Source: Owenia fusiformis
Taxonomy: Eukaryota
Assembly (NCBI GenBank): GCA_903813345.2
Contig: CAIIXF020000001.1
Span: 3,472,001-3,536,000, forward strand
Length of the DNA stretch: 64,000 nt
Direction: 5' to 3'
Shown: one piece after another, positions 1 to 12,800 of the stretch
How positions within the stretch are numbered: the first letter of the stretch is position 1
Layout of the letters: each line of letters starts with the position of its first letter
The notes under the pieces: model-generated
Told to the model about the DNA's origin: nothing
Databases searched by the model: none
The model's input: the letters and a program-made list of their open reading frames with translations, nothing else
Translations under genes and position numbers: made by a program

Positions 1-2
1 AA

Positions 3-101
3 GCACCTGCATACAATGCCAATGCTTCTGTACCACAGACCCAAGCTGCTGATGACACACCTCCCCAATATGAAGAGAAACCAAACCTGAATAATCAATG
101 A
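3..101 (+). CDS. 3' end of an unknown protein-coding gene (APAYNANASVPQTQAADDTPPQYEEKPNLNNQ*), antisense inside a FAF2 intron
   Basis: Open frame from the window edge to TGA at 99-101, protein-like composition, PPxY motif near the C-terminus, AATAAA at 125-130. Confidence 0.55.
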   Translation, partial: APAYNANASVPQTQAADDTPPQYEEKPNLNNQ

Positions 102-807
102 ACTCAATCATTGAAGACACCAACAATAAATGTTCCCAACCAAATCAAATTGCATCAAATTGTTGAAAAATGACCGTGGTCAATTAAATGATGAGAATAT
201 ATATCCAGGAGATACAGATATTAAAAATGACATTTCAACAATCAAAAGTAAATATCATCATAAGCTTACTGTATAACATATGCCATAACATTCATATAGA
301 AAATTCACTGTGATCCATTGTATTAAATGAATAATAAGAATAAATTTTGAAATTAATCAATTTGATGAATATGTTTGAGGTAGAACTATTATAACATTGG
401 GATGGGAACATTGAGCCTTCATGTAAATGTGGTGACAAGAACAAACAAATAAATATTACACGTTTTATTGAAAAATTCCAAATTACTGCCAAGTAATTTA
501 CCCAGCATGCACAAGACCCAATTAGATCTTGGCACTTTTCTGCTCTGGCATCTGTAAAAAAATCAAGTTCAACAGGTACAAGGTTTTCTTTGAAATGAGT
601 AATACAACACCAACTCACTCTGACGGATCGATGTCCGATTGAATACAAGAACGGACAGCTTCTTCATATCCCTACCCAACTTGTTTCAGTTGGATAAAAA
701 TATAACTCATATTTGGTAGAACTGTGACATTGAGAAAAAGTCAGAAACAAAACTGGAACCAAGAGATGGACTCTTCAAAAATCAAAGATCGAAAAAATGT
801 AAATTAC

Positions 808-3800
808 CTCTATATCCCTCTGGACTATTTGTATTGCACGCCCAAAACAGCATGTGGCTGTTTATAAACTCTATCACCTCTGCATTACCAAGGCATTCCC
901 TGAAAAACAAAACATTTATTTAAAGATTTCAAAGCATAGCGGCAAAAGGTTCACTACAACTTTGATTTCTCAGCTATCTCAAGTCAGCTATTACATTTTA
1001 AGAATAACCTTTTTACAAAACAACCCTTGAAGCCTCAGTAGAGTACAGATGTTGAACAAAATATAGTGTTTTTAACATTAGTTCAATTAATTTAATAAAT
1101 GTATGTTCACATTTGTAACTTTAAAATTATGTACAAAGAAGGGGTTATTTACACTTTGCAAACATTGGTCTTTCAAAAATGTTCTGTTACACTATTTTGG
1201 GATGAAAGAAGTCAATCTGTTATGAATTAACATTTTGAAACATTGAAATATTGACTTTGTTCTTATACCTTGCAAATGTTGCAGTATCTTGGTGGTTATC
1301 TCCATGGAGGTAAACTAGGAGAAACTTCAGCTCTTTTTTGGCATCATTGAGGGCCTGGAAAACAGTAAATCAAATTCAATAATTAATTGATTAAATTGAA
1401 TCCATCTTGGATTAAGTATCCTAAAGGAAATATATATTTTTCTTATTCATAATTAACTAGTATACAAATAGTGACTGCCATTGAGGGCAATAGGGTAAAT
1501 TATTTCCCCGAGGGAATATCCTCTAAAATGTACTATTCCCGAAGCTACAGGGAAATCATTTACACTATTGCTCGAAATTAGGCAGTCACTATTTGTTTTA
1601 TTATATACCCTATACTGACTCTTGTCCCGTTTCCTCAGCGAAGGCCAAAAGGGCTTACAAAGCCCCCTCCCCAGGTCCATTGTTAGCATTATAAGCTGTG
1701 ACGTCAAAATATACTCTTGAAATTTTTTCCTAAGAAATTTCCGAGACTCTCACTTGACAAATTCAATTGCGTTAAACACTTGAAATTACACAGACGTATT
1801 GAGCTTAGGGAACTTTATCCACGTTGCTTATATTGTATTGTTCACGCACCTATCATGGTGAACGGAGTTGATTTGTGTTTGTGCTTATCCTCAATTTATC
1901 TTTTTTTCATCTGCGCAGTGATGATGCGCAGACGTTTCCAAGGGTAATAGAAGTTGCAACTTTGACGTCAGCGGGCATAGTTCAAATGTATATTCCTGCT
2001 TCTTTCATTTGAGGGAATATAACTTTCGAAGGGAAATAGTAAATCTATTTCGGGACAAGTGACTAGGTATTGACCAATCAGGATGTTACATATTGGGTAT
2101 ATAATACAGCGCTTGCATTAGGTTAGAATTATTTGTGAGTCCCAAGGACGTAATTTTTTTTAAAAAGTGTGTCCTTTGAAAAAAAAGTGTGTCCCCTATT
2201 TCTAGCCTGTTTTGAGGTATACCTTTATTTTAAAAGCATTTTTTACCAAAACACCTTGAAGTTAATTTTGTCACATGATTGTCTTTGCTTCAACACAACA
2301 CATAAATATGTAATGTGTATTTTCTTGTATCATCAATTGACAAGGTACATGAAACTATAATTTAGAGTCAGGCTTACTTGACTGTATGATCCTTGGTAAA
2401 AGGTTGGGTGGTTTTCACCATACTGTTCATTATAATTGCGTATAAATGATATAACATCTCCTACTGGATCTGTGACATCTGGAATGAATATATTATGCGC
2501 TCAATAAAAGTTAAACATTTAGTTTCTTTTAACAGTGTTTTGTACAAGATTTTTTCTCATATCACTTTTGATTGAAATTCTCACTTATCAGTCCCAGTCA
2601 AATTAGGTCAAATCGTGCCAATATTTCTTTTTTTAGTTTTGAGTAAGTGCTACTGGGTTTATAAGTGATTTGGCAAAATCATTACATAAACATATTTAAA
2701 TCTTGGATATGATTTTCACAATGCATAAAATACAAGTGCATAAATTCAACTTACTCCGCCTTGGGTCTGGCCTTAGTAGTCTAACTGAAAATATGAAAAC
2801 ACAAATAATTAGCATGACAGTCAGTGTACATACATAGTACCCCGGACAGGTTGAATGATGCAGTTGTGTTTTTACTCTATATTTCCAAAAGAACAGCCTT
2901 TCTTAATGAAATTTTTGTATTCGATTCTGGAGAAATATTTTAACAAAATTCCAAATTCTATGATTTTTATCAGTTTATTTCAAAAAGATGTCACTGTCAA
3001 TAAAATACAGGTTTTTTCTTGAACAATTGAACTTTTAACATCATTTCAAAGATTGTCAAGCTATTGCACTTTTGACCGCCTAAAGTCTTTCCAGATGTAT
3101 TTGATGCCACATTAATTACGGCTGATTATTGTTATTCATTTTTGTCATATTCAATAGGCCTAATGTTATTACAGTGCATTAGGCCAATGAAAAACATGTC
3201 ACTCTGGGTCAAGTTTCCTCGGATAACACACCTTTTTCGCCACTGGGTTTTTCCGCCGCTGTCACTCAGCATGCAACCCTGTGGCACGTAAGTAGTACCA
3301 TGCTTTGAATATGTCAGGTTTCCCTGACAATTTCATGAATGTGACACAGCTATATTAACATCTCTGAAAGATCTAATGCCAGAAACACTTGAAGTTGGAG
3401 ATTTGTAATGTTTTACCTCATTTTGGACAGTATTGAACAGTTCGATCAGGTTGAACTCCTGTCCATTGACAAGAAGATTGACCTCCTCTATCTGGGCCTT
3501 ATCTACGGAATGCTTCACAAAATGAGACCAAGAGCAACAAGTTTTTTATTGGTCTAATGCACTGTAATAATACTGAATATGACTAAAATGAATAACAACA
3601 ATCAGCCATAACCAGAACAACGGCAACGCCAAAGCGTAGCGAATCCCATCGAACAGAAATGGCTGGCATTTTACAAACGAAATAAATAGCAAATATCATA
3701 AAACAACACACCAGAAAGGCCACCATTTTCAAAATGGTTAGCCAAGTTGTCATCAGAAGAAATAATATGCTTTTAGTAGCCATCTATAAAATTTTTGAAA

Positions 3801-6800
3801 AATCGCACACATGTACTTGTGAAATAAGTAAAAAATGTAAAAATGACAGCCATTTTTTAAAATGGCTGCCTACTATCCAAGTGTCATGAGACAGTGTGCA
3901 AGGCTCGTGAGTATTCACATATCAAATATGAACAAAATCGCTTCACTACTTTTCAAGTTATAGTAAAAACGTAAAAATGGTGGTCATTTTTCAAAATGGC
4001 CGCCTACTACCCAAAGTGTCATTAGACAATGTGCCATGCTAATAGTATTCACATATAAAATATGAAACATACCAAATATGAACAAAATCGCTGAACTACT
4101 TTTCGAGTTATAGTAAAATACGTTAAAATGGCAGCCATTTTTCAAAATGGCCACCTTCTACCAAAAGTGTCATTAGACAATGTGACATGCTTATAGTATT
4201 CACATACCAAATATGAACAAAATTGCTTCACTACTTTTCGAGTTATTGTAAAATACGTTAAAATGGCGGCCATTTTTCAAAATGGCTGCCTTCTACCAAA
4301 AGTGTCATAGGACAGTGTGCCATGCTTATAGTATTCACATACCAAATATGAACAAAATTGCTTCCCTACTTTTCGAGTTATAGTAAAATACGTTAAAATG
4401 GCGGCCATTTTGAAAAATGGCCGCCTTCTACCAAAAGTGTCATAGGACAGTGTGCCATGCTTATAGTATTCACATACCAAATATGAACAAAATCGCTCCA
4501 CTACTTTTCGAGTTATAGTAAAATATGTCAAAATGGCGGCCATTTTTCAAATTTTTTTTCAAAATGGCCGCCTTCTACCAAAAGTGTCACAGGACAGTGT
4601 GCCATGCTTATAGTATTCACATACCAAATATGAACAAAATCGCTCCACTACTTTTCGAGTTACAGCAAAAATCGTAAAATAACGAGTAAAGGCCGCCATT
4701 TTTCAAGATGGCTGCCATGTGCTTTTTTTAATATCTACATTTGTAGCTTTATTAATGTCCTTTATAATTTTTTTACACTTAAAACATATTGCTATTACAG
4801 TTTTACATATTGTACCTAAATTACTGTAAAATCGGCACTAAAATGGCCGCCATTTTAAAATGAGCGGCCATTTTGAAAATCGGCTTTCGAGCAGAACTTC
4901 TACCCCCATAGGGTATATGTGTACAAAATATGAAGAAAATCGGGCCAACGGTATTTGAGTTATTGCCCGGACGGACGGACAGACGGACGGACGGACGTAC
5001 GTACGGACGGACGTACGTACGGACGGACGTACGTACGGACGGACGGACGGACGGACGGACGGAGGCGTTCCCTATATCCCTCCGAACTTCGTTCGATGGG
5101 ATAATTATTACTATGGCAACAAATATATCTGGAAAGACTTTAGGCAGCCGAAAAGTCTATAGCCAGACAATATTTAGAATGATGTTATAGGTTCAATTAT
5201 TCAAGCAAAAACCTGTATTTTATTGACAGTGGCATCTTTTTGAAAAAGCTGATAAAAATCATAAAATTAAGAAATTCGTTAAAATATTTATTTTCCATGT
5301 TGGAAATTGTCTCTAGAACAAATCTTTAAAATTTCAATAAGAATGGTTGTTCCATTGCAAATAAAGAGTAAAAACACGACTGCATCATTCAACCTGTAGG
5401 GGGTACTATTTTAGTTGATAAACCAGAGATTAGCTCTGTAAACATGATGCTAAACACACAGATTTCCAAAGACTATATTTTATGTAGATGTTGAGGTATT
5501 AACCAATAGGAAATATTGCTCATGTTTCTAGCATTATTTTTGATAAGAACTTCATGCATGTTAGTAAATTAAAAATCTCAATACTGGTACCTGTATATGA
5601 AATGTTAATAAATATGAAAAACAGATTTCCATGGAGTATATCTAAGTAGATGATGGGGCATTAAACAATTGGAAATATTAGTTTTAATTGAATTCCTTGC
5701 ATTATTTTCATGCATGTCAGCCGTCAGGACATTAAAACAGCCTCAAAAGTTTACTCTTGTAAAAAAGTTGACGTACTTTTAAAAAATTAATTTCTTTGTG
5801 TTTCCTACCGATTAAATTCACCATATTTTATAAGATGTTTATTTTCAATGTTATAAGAATTCATTAGTACGAAAAATATGAAATAATTCGTAGGAACTGT
5901 TAGAAATAAGTGAATACTTATAGGACTTCTTTGCAAGGACCTTTTGCGATCAGAAATTGTTCATTACACCTTTGTTATGCAGTTCGATTCCACCAATTCT
6001 AAATCAAAAGTGCCCTATACCAAATTCCATGGCGATCTATGATGTAAGAAGAGAGGGCCATGGTATTCCATGATGTCAGTACTGTTGGTACTTGTTAATA
6101 AATACGAAATCATCTTTATCTCTAATTGTAGACATAAAATGTGTATACTTACATATGAAATTAAATATATCAAAGAAAGTAATGTACACAAATCTAAATG
6201 GGAAGAGGATTATATGTGTGCCCCATCCTAAGAGGCCTTGAGGTTGGCGACGGTTGGTGATTATAATTCTGAAATAAAATCAAAAAAGAATATTCAATAA
6301 ATGGTTGTATCACAACATAAGTCCAACCTAAAATATAAATTCTTAAATCCTGAATGTTAGTTGTAAATTCCCAGTATTGAAGAATGTGTTAAATTATTGC
6401 ATCCACAAAAAGACTAGAATCCACAAAAAGATCAGACATAATGGGTCTGCAATTGGAGGATTTAAAAGATGATAGAAAAGATGGGGTTAACATACCTTTG
6501 GTCTGATGGGTTCATATTTACAGGTGGTGTGGGGGGTTCTACCCTCTCTGGTTGGTCTTGTACTATGCGGTCTCTTCCCTCCTCTTCATTAAATGTATCT
6601 TGAACAGCCATCTACAAGACAGCAAACTCACATAATTCAATAACAGGAACACAATTACAAAGCTTGATTAACAGATGACCAGTACGATTCAGGAAAATTC
6701 CACAGCACCTCATGGCCAAATGGCTCTCTATTTATACAATTGAGAAATGTTTCCAGCAACCCACTTTGAAAAAATATGTGAAAAAGCCTGAGTTTAACTC

Positions 6801-9800
6801 ATGAGTATTATTTTTATATCATATCAAAAATGATCTATTCTAAAGGTGAAAGTCAGGAGAACATATACCTCAATATCCCAATTGCATCTTTCTAAGCGCT
6901 CACGACATCTTTCCATGTCTTCAATTCCAGTCAAATCCTGAAGATAAAATGAAAATAATATAAATTCAACATTTTAAATGCACATACTATTCCACAATGC
7001 TTTGATTTCATCTATTTTTTTGGAATTCTGCAATCAATTAAATCATGATGGTTCAATTGATTTGTGAAAGCCCAAGATTACATCAAGTCACAGAATTTAA
7101 TCTACCTGATTACAGTCAAAATCATTCAAATCGTGTTTGAACCCAAAAAAATGCGCTCATACTCATTTAGAGCAATATATTGGGCACAATTTACTGATGT
7201 TTCTGAATTCAAAATGTTCTGTTTCGTGACATTTCCGAAAGAAAACTTTTTATTATTTTTCTGTCACAATCCCGGCAAGACCTTCTTTTCTTTTAGTGAG
7301 CCTAATTTATTTTGACAAAAATTGATTCAACTTCCATCAAAATTGTCCTACAAGCTTCAATTAAAAAATCTTTTAAAGCTCTTTTCTTGTTCTATCTAAT
7401 GGGTCGCCGATATATACAGTTAGGGGAGGGGATGCGTTCGCCCCCGTCGCTCTCTACCCTTGCTACGCCAAGGCACAGGAGAAATATCTCATTGGAATAT
7501 ATCACTGTTTACTTTGCGTTTGGTAGCTCTCTCATGCGAGATGGAATCGTGGCAATTAACTAAGGGAGCCAAATGCAACTTCCATCAAAAATTGTGCTAT
7601 AAGCTTCAAATAAAAAACATTCTAGCTATTTTCTTCTATCTAATGGGTAGCAAACACCCCTTTCTACGCCTGATCGGCTCATGAGAAATATCCTGTCTGT
7701 TTAGAATATATATAGCCGTTTACTCTGCATAAATAGCTCTCTCACGTCTTACTTGTTCATGTTTTTTATTGCGTTTTCAACATTTACTACCATTCCCTGT
7801 TCCCGGGCTACCATTTTTTGACTGGGTTTGGTAATCCCCGGGTAACCGGGGCTAATGCCCTCCCCGGGTTTTGCACTTGTTCCCAAAATATCCGTATGAT
7901 ATCTGAAATATCCTCCCGCCTATTGCGCCTGCGCCAGAAAATTCGAAAATCAAAAATATTATTTGTCGGTCCTCTAGTGTGTAAACACAGCATATCTCCC
8001 GTACCGACAATTTATTTGTCGGTCCTCTAGCGTGCCACCACATCAGAGTCTAGAGTACCGACACTCTACCGGTACTCTAGCCTTTACGTTAAAAATTGAA
8101 CCCTTCAAAGACTGTATCCCAACCCACATACGACATACCTGGGTATGAGGTACAAGGTTTCTTATACAAAACCAAGTGATGTGGGTAAAAATACCAAGCA
8201 GCTTTAGAATCATGTTAAATAAATTTAACGACCCATTAGACAGATAGATTTTCTTGTATATTCACACTTCAGAGTTATTTTCGCTGAAAGTAATTTGATT
8301 GGTCACTACAATCACAAAATTAGTAATGAAACAGCCGGGGGATTGGAGACTTCTTCGTTGGTAAGTAGATAGGTGAATATGTGGGAAAACTCAATATGCA
8401 AAAAAATTCCAGAGGGTCTTGATTGTGCCACAGATATTGGATATATCACTGTTTACTTTGCGTTTGGTAGCTCTCTCATGCGAGATGGAATCGTGGCAAT
8501 TAACTAAGGGAGCCAAATGCAACTTCCATCAAAAATTGTGCTATAAGCTTCAAATAAAAAACATTCTAGCTATTTTCTTCTATCTAATGGGTAGCAAACA
8601 CCCCTTTCTACGCCTGATCGGCTCATGAGAAATATCCTGTCTGTTTAGAATATATATAGCCGTTTACTCTGCATAAATAGCTCTCTCACGTCTTACTTGT
8701 TCATGTTTTTTATTGCGTTTTCAACATTTACTACCATTCCCTGTTCCCGGGCTACCATTTTTTGACTGGGTTTGGTAATCCCCGGGTAACCGGGGCTAAT
8801 GCCCTCCCCGGGTTTTGCACTTGTTCCCAAAATATCCGTATGATATCTGAAATATCCTCCCGCCTATTGCGCCTGCGCCAGAAAATTCGAAAATCAAAAA
8901 TATTATTTGTCGGTCCTCTAGTGTGTAAACACAGCATATCTCCCGTACAGACAATTTATTTGTCGGTCCTCTAGCGTGCCACCACATCAGAGTCTAGAGT
9001 ACCGACACTCTACCGGTACTCTAGCCTTTACGTTAAAAATTGAACCCTTCAAAGACTGTATCCCAACCCACATACGACATACCTGGGTATAAGGTACAAG
9101 GTTTCTTATACAAAACCAAGTGATGTGGGTAAAAATACCAAGCAGCTTTAGAATCATGTTAAATAAATTTAACGACCCATTAGACAGATAGATTTTCTTG
9201 TATATTCACACTTCAGAGTTATTTTCGCTGAAAGTAATTTGATTGGTCACTACAATCACAAAATTAGTAATGAAACGGCCGGGGGATTGGAGACTTCTTC
9301 GTTGGTAAGTAGATAGGTGAATATGTGGGAAAACTCAATATGCAAAAAAATTCCAGAGGGTCTTGATTGTGCCACAGATATTGGCCAGATCGTTTTGTAG
9401 TACAGTAAAATTTCAAATGTTAGGTCCTACTTTGAATTAACAAAATAAGCAATCAAATGACTATATTGCAACAGTATATAAAAAAATAGAAACATATGTA
9501 CTTGTCCTAACTTTTGTATATTTCAGATAGTTATGTAAAATGTGCAGTAAAGCTGTGGCCTTTTGTAATTTAGGGAGTTTCAGCCATGTTAATTTTTCCG
9601 AAAATGACATGGCGGAGAAGCATCAAAATATGAGAGAGCACAGACATGATAGCTAAACTACAAAACAAACTAAAATATACAAAAGTTAGGACATGTATAA
9701 ATGTTCCTATTTTTACATATACTGCTTCAATATGGTTCTTTGATTGCTTATTTTTCAAATTCAAAGTAGTTACTAACATTTAAAATTTAACTGTAGGATC

Positions 9801-12800
9801 TCATAGGCTCAAAGAATAATTCACAAGATACGACACTAAATTGGAAAATTTCAAAAAAATATGACCACCTTTTAAAAATGTCCTTATACAAAATGGTACC
9901 TGCTTCCCCATGACAGATTTTGCACTTATAGCTGAGATCTTCATCTTTCTATTTCTACTTGTTTGGTTCGAGTAAATAACCTATGGATGCAGTTATTTGA
10001 CTTTTAATACGGCGAATATGTTTCACGAGATCCGGACTCTTGCGTGTCCAAATATCATTGTAATGATGACGTCACATTTCTGGAACCACGGGAGCACCAT
10101 TCAGATTTGGACAGACAAGAGTCCGACGATAAATTATCACTGTTTTGGCCTCTTATCAACGCAGCATTGCTTGAATAACGGTCATTGATGATAAAAAAGT
10201 TAAAGAATAACAAGATGCTTCGAATGAGGTATGATTTGTCTCATATTTTTCAGAAATGGCTCCATAATCGTCATTTTAAAATTTGAAATTTTCATCTAGA
10301 TGGATATAATTTCATAAACAAACTGAGGTGTCTCATCTTGAGGAATATTTATTGAGCTACTGATCCAACTACAAAAGAATCTGGCCGGGATCTATGGATT
10401 GTGCTTTCCTAGAGGCACAGGCTGGTATCGAAAAATGTGTCCGCTGTGACGGAGCGTGCTATTTTGCATAGAAACACTAAGAAACCCAGACAATTTATTT
10501 TTTTACTCATATGTTTCGCTATTCCAAAGAAAATTTCTTACTCCATGCAATGGGTATATCATTTGTGGGTAACTTTAACTTTTGTTTGAAGTCCAACAAC
10601 GCTAAGAGTAAAAGCTATTGAAAACGGCGCCGGGGTATCATACTCCAAAATGTACCATTTCTTTTATTTCTTTTTAATGGTACAATATATTGATACAATA
10701 ATATTTACATATGTTTTCAGCATAACTCTGAAGGTATTAATGATATCTTGATGTATTGGGTATTTTTAATATTTTTTATAAAAAAATAATGTTTACATTT
10801 TTTGTCTGCTGTGACGGAGCAGCTTTAACTGTGAACTACGTTAAGAATTTAAGATTCAAATTATATCTTTTAAAAGTACCCTTAGAAGAGAGAACGTCGC
10901 AAATCACTTTCCTAAATTATGACAAGTAGCCTCTTGGAGATCTGGGGTAATGTAAATCTGAGATATAAAAACGACCACGGAGGTTTGTACTGAAATCAAC
11001 ATGGTGTAAACTCAACATAATATTTCTAATACGTTTTCGCCAAGACGTCTTGAAATGTCACGTGTAGTGTAAATAGGGCTAATATGAATTTATTCGAAAT
11101 AGCGCACAGACATCATGCATTCCGACAGATGTTTAACCTTTTACCACATAATATTACTGTATATAAGATGATCCCAATACAGATGTGATTTGTAATTATT
11201 TGAGATTCATGAAATTCATCGTTTTGCATAGACTAAAATTATAAAATAAAAAGTCTTGGTAAACGTGCTGTACTGTAAAGCCTGTATCAATGAATATCTT
11301 TCTCTAGTGAACACCTCTTCTTATCAAATATTTCTCTGACTTCTGTATGAAATTGCCTGTATGGAGTAAACAAGACCAACTGGAAACACATTTTTGGGCT
11401 CCATATGTGTCCACTATACACATGTTTTACTGTAGTTGCATCAGATAGCCATAACTCTTATTCAAATAAAGAACGATCATAAAATCAAATTTTGCATTTT
11501 CGCATTTCAAGATACACTCAACTTAGCTTTTGGAACAACTAAAGAGGGTAGAACAATCTACAGCCCATATCATCATATGTATTTAGCCTCATATTCAGCA
11601 AATCATTTTACTTCAAATAATCAAGTTACCGTAAAAAATGACCATGTCAGGCCGATGGATCCACGGAAGCCACTACGAAAGGCAAATACCCGATACTGAA
11701 ATGAAGTTGACTATCATTTTCATGATCACCATGCATAAGTTGGATTGCAGTACAAACTGAGAAAAGAAGCTTAAAGAGTGGTCGTATATACATCTCAGAA
11801 TTTGAATTGTGTACTTTTATTACTTTTCATTTTTAGAATACTTTACGAGATTTGACACGCTCGCTCCTCTAAAGTGTAGTTGTAAAGAGATATATTATAA
11901 ATCTAAATTCTTAAGGTGACATTTAAGATAATCAAAAGTACAAAAACATGGGAGCCATATTTTTTTGATAAAGTCAGAAGATTTTGTATACTGTTTTCCT
12001 TGTATGTGAATGCATTTCCTGACTTAAGAGACACATAAAAGAAAACCTCACATTTAAACGCATTTTTCATAACTATGAATTGGAGGTGTATGGCTCCCAA
12101 AAGCTAGCATGAAGAGTGCGAAGTGAGGCTATTTTTTGAAAGTTTCAAGGAGTAGCCTTGCAACAGTCACACATTTGCAAGAATTCAAAATTTCCAGATA
12201 TAGTCTTACCTTACCAAGGAACAACGAAGGAGCACGAAAATGTGCACTTCTTGCATTGTTAGAGTATAATAAAGCTCAAACCATTGTGAATCCTAAATAT
12301 TTCATGTCCACCACTTTGTTTCCTGGAACTATTTTTTAGTCCAGAGTTATCTTCATTCATGTTTCCATTGTTTATCATTCATAAAGCCTCTATCATGTAT
12401 CTATCATGATAATTACACTGTAATAGATAAAACATACAAGTGATAATCCATGCCACTTGGTGTAGTCACAAAACTTGCATGAGGATTAATCAGGAAGTCT
12501 AGAAGTAGTTCCGGCAAACAAAATGTGGACAGAAATATTTAGAATTTACAATGGTTTGAGCTTTATTATACTCTAACAATGCAAGAAGTGCACATTTTCA
12601 TGCTCCTTCGTTGTTCCTGGGAAAGTTAAGATGATTTGTGGAAATTTTAGACTCTTGCAAATGTGTGACTGTTGCAAGGCTACTCCTTGAAACTTTCAAA
12701 AATTAGCCTCACTTCGCACTCTTCATGCTAGCTTTGGGGATCCATGCACCTCCAATTCATAGTTTGGAAAAATGCGTTTATGTGTGATGTTAACTTTGAC

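Noticed and set aside
292-648. 118-aa minus-strand ORF as the next FAF2 exon
   Set aside because: No resemblance to expected FAF2 sequence; non-ATG start; AT-rich intron/UTR-like composition.
3850-4690. CRISPR-like repeat array
   Set aside because: Units are full tandem copies without unique spacers, inside a eukaryotic intron, with no cas genes.
4277-5190. ORFs 4277-4543 and 4930-5190
   Set aside because: Translations of HINE tandem repeats and the ACGG microsatellite.
7460-8987. Duplicated short ORFs as a gene pair
   Set aside because: By-product of the 944-bp intronic duplication; no recognisable protein motifs.
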